Below, one piece after another: positions 51,227 to 61,322 of a stretch of DNA of 64,000 nucleotides (positions are counted from its first letter, which is position 1; the number at the start of each line of letters is the position of its first letter). Under the pieces are notes generated by a model. That model saw only the letters and a list, made by a program, of their open reading frames with translations. It did not search any database and had not been told where the DNA came from. Source of the DNA: Bilabrum cf. latius (taxonomy: Eukaryota); the NCBI GenBank assembly GCA_965178125.1, contig OZ237750.1, positions 682,001 through 746,000 on the forward strand, read 5' to 3'. The position numbers and the translations under genes were made by a program.

Positions 51227-54200
51227 ATGTAGAATGCATTCCGAATAGAAGAAATGCCCTCAAGTGAGCTTGCAACCCGCGAATGCTTGCTCTAGTAGAG
51301 AGTGACAGAATCCCAAGAACAGGAATTGAATTCCGTTTTATCTCGCAGGGTGCCTCAAATGTGTCTCGGGGTTCCTTGATATAGCAAGCATTGTTCATCT
51401 GTCAGTTGTTAACAAGTCGATGTTGCTTGAATCGTCAGGAAACAAGTCTGACATAGCTTGGATACGAGCTGCGGCTGACTGGGCAAGATAGAATCCTCTC
51501 GCATTCAGTCAAGAAGCTGACGCTAGCGGCATCGGGCGATTCGAACCTGTAATTGTTTTTGGGAGTCAGGAACAATTAGTTAGTCAATTGCATCGGGTGC
51601 GGCTGATGCAGCTGGCCGCGAGTGGAGTGCATAGCAACAGCGCATCGGGTTTGCTGAACCCAGACCTGCAAGCTTTGGTACAATCAGTTGCACGCTGGTG
51701 TCTTCGACGTCCTTTTGCCCTTGATCCAGCTGAAAACGGACCCTCGTAGCCCTGCTTGACCAGTAAGGACGGCAAGCTTGCTACCGCTACTGCTGGTATT
51801 CTGCTGGGTGTGAGCGGGCTGGTGCAGTCGAATTAGACGGTGCCAAACGCCGCCAAAAGCCAAATACATTCAATCAGGGCATTGTACAGGCAACAATTCG
51901 TCCAGCGTTGCGACGACTAGGACCATGCAATCCGTGCTGACTCGCCAACCGCGAGCGGCCGTGACGCATCTGCTGCCGGCGCTCCCGCCCCCACTCGCAA
52001 AGGCCCCCTATTCCACAGCAATTTTGTGGGATTCGGAACCAGAATGGCTCTCGCAGGCCAGAACGAGTACTTTTGCACAGGCCTTGCTGGGTTCTTCGAC
52101 GATGCCGCCGCGTGCGCTCGCAGCTCGCAGGCGCAGGCGGTCACGCGAACTAGAACTAGATCTATACACAGTAGCGCGCACGGTGACGGTGGCCCTGTAT
52201 CCGGAGCATGGGCCAAGGCCAAACCTGATGCCCAAAATAGCCTTGCAGATGCTGGAAGTAGCTCGAGGGTATTCTTGGAGATGACCCATGGTCAGGCTGG
52301 CATTCAGCTGCGGGAACAAGCCCGCTAGGGCCTGTCTCACAGTGCAGACCCGACTCCTCAGCCCGAGGTTCGCCACTTATTCTAGTCATCGAGCCCCGCT
52401 AGCAGGAAATACGACGGGGATAGCGCTTCCGTTTCGCTGCTACCGCATGGTCCTGCGTCCGAACCGTTCCAGCACTCCGACTTTGACAGACACGCTAGTG
52501 ACCAAAAGCACACAGAGTCCAGCTATGGCCAGCAGTCAGCCTACCACGTGGCTCGGTGGATGAAGGAAGTATACCACGCGAATTCTATCCTCTCTCACGT
52601 AGACCAGTACCTAATTGATGATGAGCAGAACATAATTGAGCTTCGTCTGCACGAGAGAGGGGTTGGGTGGTGCCCTGATGCATACAATGCGGCCTGTCCA
52701 TGCGTCCATGATGTCCCCTCGAGGGACGACTTTTGCCTGTGCCTCTCAGACTGCACACGTGTTGTGGTGCCTGTATTGGTCTGGTTCTTCATTGCATGCG
52801 CTGTTTTGCTGCACGACATTCCGAAGTCATGTGTCCAGTCAGGTGCCAGGCACTTTGCAGCTCGCTCCGGCCATCCAAGCATACGGATTGCGTATGAGCA
52901 CAATCAATCAGAGGCACTCGAGTCATTGCAAGCTTCGCTTGGGTATTGCGGCCTTAATCGAAATGAAATTGGCTGGAATGGAAGCCTCGCAAGACTTGCC
53001 ACTATTGGCGAAGACTTGGATCGTCACCGGGTTGCGCCGCGGTTGTGGCTAAATATGATTTCTGTGGCGTTTTACTACATAGGAATATTTGGAGCAGGCC
53101 TTTACTTCAATTCGAATGCTTGTAATCGCGGCACTAGGCAGACAACTTCCATGAGTGTGCTGGAACGCGCCCAGCGAGACAACCTGGTCGCAGACTTGGC
53201 AATTCACGCTGACCGAGTCGAAAAGATCCAATCGAAAGGGGGGCAGTCTGCGTGTGCATCGCAGCTTGCTGTAGAGTACTCGTGCTTTGCCACTGTGGTG
53301 CACCATACATCTTTTTGGGCAGCGGTGGCTGGGAGTGTTTGGGACAGAGCCGCGAGGAATGCGGTCACTGGTGGTGACATCGTGGGCGACTAGCCCACGC
53401 TACAAGAGATCAAGCAAACTAGCGCATTTGCAAACATCCTATTAGTGGCTTCAGTTTTCATATTTTTTGTTGCGCTTGGAATCGTGGCTGCCCAGTTCGT
53501 CTTTGGAGTAATGGGGCGGCGCGAGGGGCCTGGCCTGCAGCACGTCAGCCCGTTCGGCGCTGTCACATCTGTCAGCAAGTACGCCGTGCTCGGCATGCTC
53601 CTCTACTTCTTAGTCGTCGGCTTTGTATTGAAAATATAGGGCAACTAGGACACCTTTGGTACCGCTGACAACGGGAAAATCAGAGTGGCAACAATTATTG
53701 TGGTGTGCCTCGTGATTGCCTCGCAGCTTTGGTGGGTAGTTCGACGCGTGCTGTGGTGCACCCGCTTGATGCAAATTGCGGAATGGCCCGCACTACCATC
53801 GGTCTTTGCCTTAGCGAGTACGAAGACGAGCGCCTGGTTTGCGTCTCTGCATGTGGTGATTCTGCTAGCATGGGTAGGGGTGCTCCGTGGCGTATCGATG
53901 GCCCCGATTGGGTCCTTTATTGCAAAGCCGGCGTTCATAACGCCCCTTCTCTGCCTTTTGGGGATCTATGTAGGCGTGCAAGTAATCGCAGTTCCACATT
54001 TGTGGACATTTGCAGTTTCTTGTCTGTTGCGGTGCATACCCATGGCGTCACAACAACAGGTAGTCACGGCGTGCCCTTGTCTTCGAAGCAAGAGGCACGT
54101 GCTGCTGGATCAGCTCAATGCACGGAGAGCCACTATGGTTGTACTTCTAGCTGGATCTGTAGATCGTGCCAGACAGGCAATTATTGGGCATCAAGGCGGT

Positions 54201-55097
54201 TCGGACCGCCCGATGCTTCGGGGATTCTCACATGAGCACCGTCTCAGGGTCGCCACTCTTGTTTGGAGCGCTGATCACGGCAGGTTGGCACCAGAATAGT
54301 GTATCCGTAAGTATATTGGCCATGACGAACAGATTATTCGTTCTCATGCTTGCACATACCGGATAATTAGTAGAAGTCCGCGGCGAAGAAGGTATGGATC
54401 GGATCGTCTGGTTCTCGCGTACGAGGCTGCGTTCTTCGGGTTGTTCCAATCGAGTCGGATTGCCCTCTGCCATGAGCTAGGATCCATTGAGGATGTTATA
54501 GAGTGGCTCAAGTCTATGTTCCTTCGCATTGAAAGAATCGCTGCAGCTGCTGACGCTAGCGCGTGCTCTGGGAAGTTTAGGCCCGGTTCTTCGTCCTTGG
54601 AGCATGGCAGATCAGGCCCCAGCCTGGGCTCGCATGCCACCAAGCAGCGTTCACTGTGTTTGGTGGGTAGCGTTGCTTCTGAAAGTTTGCAAGGATCGTC
54701 TTGTTCGAGACCAGAGTAGTGCTTGGAAGGGGCAGTCAATCGCGACATCAGCCTGCTGAGTGGATACATTATCATGACCCTGTTGGTTCTTGGGTGCAAA
54801 CCCGCCAAGATCGAGGCTTGGCTGGAGCAGAACGCTGAATGTTTCTCGCCACGCTTAACGTAGCGCGATCATGCCCTGGACGTGCAGGCTTACCCGATGG
54901 CTGTGCAGGCATCAGCCGGTGCTGCGGCTGCGGCCGGTGATCAGGGGTAGCATATATCCGTCGACGCAGGCAGCCTGACAGGCCCATCTGCTTTTGTGCT
55001 ATCGGATGCAGCTATTGGTATCGACGAAGCGGTCATTGAAAAGATGACAAAGCAACATCTGGAAGCCAGAGTGCAACTGAAGGGTGGACTGCTCTGA
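51227..55097 (+). CDS. F-box-like, multipass transmembrane protein (~1261 aa)
   Basis: Exon 51227-51263, intron 51264-51348 (GTGAG..GCAG), then a 3749-nt frame with no TAA or TGA until 55095. 14 TAG in total. The spliced N-terminus IEEMPSRCLKCVSGFLDIASIVHLSVVNKSM is F-box-like. Several hydrophobic helices at 52750-54050. Confidence 0.75.
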
Positions 55098-55163
55098 GCG
55101 ATGGAGATTTAGAATCAGTTCTAACAACCGACTGTGACGCAATGATCATCTCGATGTCAAAAT

Positions 55164-58100
55164 TCAGTGCACTGGCATTAGGCCCTGTCTGTCCGACATC
55201 CCCTACATGGGGTTGTGGACTGCCAAAGTACCCGCTGATCCGCTCGTCAAGTTTGCGACAGGGGCGGAAGCACCCGGCGTCGATCCCTGGATAGGGGCTG
55301 ACTTCTATGCTGCGCCAGCGTGTGGCCCAGCATGAAATAGCATTTGCATCATCCATAGAAAACAGAAGGCCACAGCCCACACGCCCGCCGCTGCCGCCGT
55401 CACGCCTACCCACCCTCCGCGAGGAATGCCGGCCTTGTCGGATGCCAGGCCTGCGCCGAGCACCACCGCCACCAGGCCAAGCACGCATGCCGCGTAGCCG
55501 AGCCCCTTGTGCGCCCACTCCCAAGCCTCCCTCCAGTCGTCTCCCTTGTGCGGTCGCACGGCCCCCAGCACCCCCTGGCACAGCGCCATCAGCACCACCA
55601 CGAGCCCAATCACAGAGTGCCCGCTCGTGAAGTGCTCACCGGAGCCCACGTGAGCGAGGATCACCGCGAAGCCAATCAGGGTCAGCACAACGGCGAGGCC
55701 CTGTGCCACCTGGTGGGTGCGGAACCAGCACGGAACCGACGCTGGCGCGGCGTGTGCTGCTTGATCGTCGGGCTGCGTATTGCCACGCTGCGCGGAAGGT
55801 GGAGAGACAACACACTGCTTGCAGAACCGGGCAGCCAGGATTCCAGTGGGCACCAACACGGCCCAAGCCAGGCCCATCATCACGCCGTGCGCCACGATCA
55901 GCCCTGCCAATGCCACAGCCTCCACCGCACCTGTGCTCAGGTCCACACTCACCACGGAGCGGCCGGCCAGGCTGTGCGCCCCGCTCGACTCGATGCTGTC
56001 GGCCGACCCGTGCCTGGCCACCAGCATGAACAGCTCCCCTTCAGATCCGCCCGCGGGCAGCACGTGGTCGCCCGAGTCGCCCGTATCCAGGGCCCGCGTG
56101 AACTCCATCACCCAGCTGCCGTTCCGCTCGTACAGCCTCGTATTACTCACGCTGCGCTCCGCATCCCGCCGGATCCCAGACCCGAAGCCAGACCTCGCCG
56201 TCAGGTCGTACTCTCGCACTGCCTCCTCGCTCGATGCCGCCCCGAGCGTGGCCACCACGGAATGGGCCCCCGGCATGGCGGCATCGCTGGGGTTGAAGCC
56301 CAGGGCGAACCAACCTGACGATCGGTCGTGCACAAGCCGGGCGTGCAGGTACTGCCCGGTGGGGTCACTGCCCGACCCAGACACAACGGCAGAACCGCCG
56401 CCGGGCACCTCACTGTCGGTCAGGCTCCACATCATCTGCAGGCCGTCCAGCAGCTCTTGCTGGGAGGCGAACGAGCTGTCTGCCATGTCGGCGAACCCAG
56501 TGCGAGGGGCCTCGGGCAGCACAAAGCCCAACACGTTCAGGCTGCCTGCCGCGACGCTCGACGTCAGCGTGCCCTGGGACTGCAGGGGGCTGCTCGCGTT
56601 GTTGACTTGAGCGCTCAGATCGACCACCAGGTCGTTGTAGCTCGCAGCGGTGTCGTTGGTGCCTGGCTAGATGCTGAAGCGCACCACCACGCTGCCGCGC
56701 TCCACAGACTCCACCAGCACGCGAGACGCCTCGATGCCCAGAGCCCCCGACACATCGGCGGCGAATTGCATCTCAAAGGCATCCGGGTCCGACTCGTAGT
56801 CCTGGTCGAAGTCAACGGCTAGTCGCAGCCCGAGCACCACGCGAGACACTGCACCAGGCCCCTTGGCACCAGGATCAGCCCCCTGAGGGGGCAGTCGGCA
56901 CCGCCCGCTTGCGGCATCCAGGGCGAACCCAGCCGCGCACTCGCTACAGCTGGAGCCGGCGTGGCCTGGGTCGCACACGCACTGCAAGCCCCCGCTGGCA
57001 GACTGCACCACGTCGCACCTGCCCCGCCCAGAGCACACCACGGTATTGTCGCAGACCACAGCCGGCCGAAGCACCACGCTGCCGGTCCCACGCGACGTGT
57101 GGTATCCGATGGCATCACCAGAGCTGCCGCCTTGCGCATCCATGCGTCCCATGGCCCAGATGAAGCCGGTGCTGGCTTGTTCCTCTGCAGACCACGCACC
57201 ATCGATAGCACTCCCCGCAATGGCACCCTCGGCATCCCCCAGCGGTCGGCGCACGACCACCACGGCCCTGGCGCCATCCTCGAGCGCCTGCGATCCCACG
57301 GGAGGAGAGCCCGCGAAGGCAGAATCACCGGCCTCGAACAGATTGCCAGAGGCCTCGCTCGACAGCACGGCGGTCTTGCCACCGCTCGTGCTCACCATGT
57401 CGAACGGGAGCACCCGCGGCGGGTTCTGCCCCAGCAGCCCCACCACGGCCCGGCCGGTGCCCCCACCCAGCATCAGTCCGCTGGACGACTGGGCCAGCCC
57501 CACCCACTCCGTGTCCGCGGGGGCCGCTTGCTGCAGCTCCAGCGACATGCGCACGTGCGTGGGCTGCTCGGTGCTGGTGCCGGCCACGAACTCGCTGCCC
57601 TGGGCATCCTCCAGCCTCCACCTGAGCTTCATGACCGGGTCGCTGGTGTCGCTCCCGATGGGCACCACATTGTCAGCGGGGAACTGCACCGCGCTGCCCT
57701 GTGGCAGGTTGGACGGCGTAGGGCTGGTGCTGGTGCTGGGCGAGGCCGAACTGGACGCAGAGGGGGAGGCCGTCACGCTGGCCGAGGCAGAGGGGCTGGA
57801 CGAGGCCGAGACGGACGTGCTCGGGCTGGGGCTCGGAGACGGTGAAATGGAGCTGCTGCTCGTCACACTCGGGCTCGCTGAGATTGATGGTGCCACAGAT
57901 GGCGTAGGCGACGAAGTGCCGCTTGGGGTTGTGGATGCTGTGGCGCTTGGGGTTGGGGTTGGTGACATGCTCGCCGATACGCTAGGGGTGACCGAGACGC
58001 TCGCAGTCGTGCTCGGGGTCGGCGTAGCAGTTGCGGTAGTTGAAGAGGAGGCCCCCAGTGTCACCGAAGAAGTCTGCGATATAAAGCAGGTATTGGTGGG

Positions 58101-59802
58101 GACGAGTATATCACCAATGCTGGTGCTCGATGCTAGCCTCTCTCAGGTGTGGACACACTGTAAGCACTTTGACCAGACTCACTGGAGTTGCACTCGTTGT
58201 TGCAGTGGTCGAGGCAGTCTGCGAGACAGTCATACTATATGAAATATATGGAGAATAGCGCTGTTTGTGTCGAGTGATTGCCTAGCGAATTATGTCCTGG
58301 TGGGGAAGCGAGCGCGAGAGCTAAGCCGCTGGCCTTACCGGAGATTCCGTTGGAGTGGGTGTCGTCGAGCTGGTGGGGGATGCAGTTGAGGTACTTGTCA
58401 TAGACGGAGTCTGCGCGGGGAAATTGTCATAAACGGAAGCTTATGTGTGGTCAATCTGGTCAGGCTGTGCCGAAGCAACGATCATCGCGGGTGACTCACT
58501 GGGGTAGCAGTTGTTGTGCCCGTGGTTGACGGCGTCTGCGCGGGAAGATGAATGACCGCGCGCACGTGCAAACGGTTTGAGTCAAGATCAAATAAAAAAT
58601 GAATGACAAACATGACTATAGTCATGTGTCTCACCGGCGAAGCGGACGGCGAGCTAGTTGTGGACGGAGTTGACGTCGCGGTCGTGGTGCTTGTGGTCGA
58701 AGACGTCGGGGTCGCAGTAGCGGTCGCGGACGATGTGGGAGTTGCAGACGGCGTCGAGGTGGTCGATGGAGAGGGCGATGAGGATGGCATGGGCACTGCC
58801 ACGGTGAGTGCCTGGGAGCGCTTGGCCACGAAATGCCCGCTGCCGTCGCGTACCACGAAGCTCGACTTGAGGTTGACTGACAGCACGTCGCTCGAAGACC
58901 GCTGTCCTGTCGTGGCCGTCAATAGCAGCCACGTGGCATTTGTTGCACCTTGTCGCACCTGCACGATCTGACTCAGGGTGGCCGTGCCACCAGAGATGCT
59001 CGCCTCGAAGTCGGCTGGTTGCAGACCGGCACCAGTGCCTCGTCCGACTGGGCCCGAGAATGTGACCAGGAACTCGCCCCCGTCGTGACTGCCCGCACTC
59101 GCAACACTCTGCAAGGTCACAGAGGAAACGGTGATGTCCTCGTCAAATGTGGTTTCTACCGTGTGGAACCGAGCTCCAGTGTACACCACGTGGGCACGAA
59201 ACGTCACCCGACCAGTCCCGGGGGAGGGCGGATCCCACTCGAATGATCCTTGGCTGTGGGTACCCTTTGCTCTATGGGTTACGCCGTTGCAGCCCTGAGA
59301 GGTACGACTGCGAGAATGAATACAGGGCAAGCGATGAAATCTTGTCACTTCTATCCGACTGCGAGCTGTTCATCGCAAAAAGCTGTGTCCTGGCATCAAC
59401 TTACAAGGAACTACCACTGGGAACATCTAATTCACCGATACTAGACGAACTTGTCGTCGTTGACGAAGGCGTATCCCCAACTTTGAACCCATACATATAC
59501 AATCCGCTAAACGTGCCGGAGGAGCCTGTTCGCACTACGCAGATGTACGACGTATCGCCTGCTGCGCTGTCATACCCGCTTGTCAGTTCTGTGGTACAGC
59601 TAGAATCAGCATACAGCTTGAGCTAAAATGTCGGGGATGTGGATAGGATGCTATGTGTGGGGAATCCAGGAGTCCCATTGCATTCCGTGCCGCCATCAAA
59701 CCCGCTTATGTAAGCATTTGACTCGATAGCAAGCAGCAGTGCTTGCACAAAAATATACTATAATAAATGATTTCTTGCTCGAAAGTCGCAAAACCCCAGC
59801 AT
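55164..59802 (-). CDS. Reeler-mucin-DOMON-cytochrome b561 protein, copy 2 (1362 aa)
   Basis: Exons 59405-59802, 58635-59307, 58500-58535, 58339-58410 and 55164-58073 sum to 4089 nt, in frame. First intron is at the same position and phase as in copy 1. TAG at 59758, 59623, 56667, 55305 and 55203. TGA at 55164. Confidence 0.82.
55368..57838. repeat. Large inverted repeat, arm 2
   Basis: Reverse complement of about 41702-44359, minus a divergent loop-coding segment. Confidence 0.9.
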
Positions 59803-60420
59803 ATCGTGAGATTAATCGCCACGTCGCCTTTTTGGGAAGAGCAACTGCAATCGTCCGGAATAAGAACGGTGTCGGCAGCACCGTGATGACGTCGGCGAGC
59901 GTGGTCGCACCAACTCAGCGTGCCAGTGGAGTATAGGTCGGAAAGCTGCCATTCGACGCGAACACGGTAGTGTCTCACGCTTAATTCTTTGCGAAAAGTC
60001 CTGACTCTATATATAATCTACTTGTCATTGAGTTTGAAGTCTGCAACCAGGTTCTTAGTGCAACTCTGGTTAGGCTTGAGGGAGTACGACTATCGCGCTT
60101 CAGGTGCGGTGGGTGCGCAGCAATCCCCGTGACTGTGAAGCCGACCTCCTTCCGGCTGGTAGAACAACTCCAGCAGAAATCCCGCCCGACACCTCTGCTC
60201 CTTGCGCTTCGTTCACTCCACGCCGCTCGGCCTCCTCCAGCCGCTCGGCATTTTTGAGCCGCCATACCCTCTTCCCCAGAACCGACCGGCCGCAGGCGAT
60301 GCGCTCGCGCAGCTCCCAGCGCTGGCTCACGCCTGCCGGCTGAAGCTGGAGCAGCGGCTGCTGATGCAGGACCGTTGGTTCCGTGGTCGTCTGCCTAAGC
60401 ACCCTGCGAGGGCCGCACCA

Positions 60421-60486
60421 GCCCCTTGGCCCTCCCGCATCACTCCCTTGGCCCTCCCGCATCAGCCCCTTGGCCCTCCCGCATCA
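60421..60486. repeat. 22-bp tandem repeat x3
   Basis: gccccttggccctcccgcatca three times, the middle copy with two substitutions. Confidence 0.9.
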
Positions 60487-60513
60487 GTACCTAATTCTAT
60501 GCCGCACCCCTCT

Positions 60514-61257
60514 TTAGAGTGCACCCAAGCTTGATCTTACTCTCTTGATGCGTTGCTAGCCGCCATGGATTGCTCGACACGGTGCTGACGGTGGAGGGTC
60601 CTTCCGACCCTATGTGCCCCGACCCCAACGACATACCATGCCCGAGCAGTACCTAGACTATGCAGTCTCCGAGGAGGCCTCCCTGGCGCTGCTGCCGGGG
60701 TTCGACCTCGATCTGCTACTGTCACCGCTGTGACCCTTTGCCATACCGTTTCCTGTACTTGACGACAGCCCGCCTCGCCTCATAGCCACCAGGCTGAAGA
60801 TCACCGGAGCCGCCAGGCCCGTGGAGATCAGGGCGATGGCAAGAGTAGACATACCGTTGTAAGTGTCCTCGGATTGAGGACAAGGACGCAAGCCAATCTC
60901 AGAGAGCTTGGAATTCACTGATGAGATTTCCGTTTCAACCGTATCAGGTCGCGAGAATTCAACTGACTGTACCACCCTCACCATGACTTGGTACAGCTGG
61001 ACCCCCTATTGAGAAGAGTTCAGGGCTACGGTGAAGTCGATACTGATGCCAGGCGAGCTGCTATTCCAACTGGTGGCCTCCGAGCTGCAGTTCGTTGGTA
61101 CACTCAAGAACATCGCACTGGTTGTTAGCTCGCCGGGTGGGTTGGCCAGCTCAAGCATCTGGTCCGCGATGCCAATGGCAACAGTGCAGTCAAGAGTAGT
61201 GCCATTACGAAGATTCAGACGGGCTACAAACACCAGCTGGGTTGGAGGTGCGTCCAG
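60514..61257 (-). CDS. Coding exon of a single-pass membrane protein (start unresolved)
   Basis: ORFs 61006-61233 and 60658-60984 share a frame across TAG 61006. TM segment LAIALISTGLAAPVIFSLVAM followed by RR. No in-frame ATG upstream of 61233, so it probably splices to an upstream exon. Confidence 0.5.
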
Positions 61258-61322
61258 CTACGGATGCCCATTGCAAGTCTCGCGCCGTGGTCAGGGTACA
61301 CGCCGTCCTTGACAACGGACCG

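Noticed and set aside
42872-56669. Random C-to-T sequencing errors or RIP-like mutation
   Set aside because: These would also convert CAA to TAA and CGA to TGA, which is never seen internally. The same TAG is present in both inverted paralogues.
41702-57838. Inverted repeats as transposon or endogenous virophage/Polinton terminal repeats
   Set aside because: The arms are internal coding parts of host genes. The enclosed region holds housekeeping genes, with no integrase, transposase or capsid.
59981-60462. Short minus-strand ORFs upstream of paralogue copy 2
   Set aside because: They may be 3' exons of the neighbouring gene, but I could not support a consistent frame or splice model.
60421-60486. 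Short repeats as a CRISPR array
   Set aside because: They are head-to-tail tandem units with no spacers and no cas genes. The same applies to 17791-17880.
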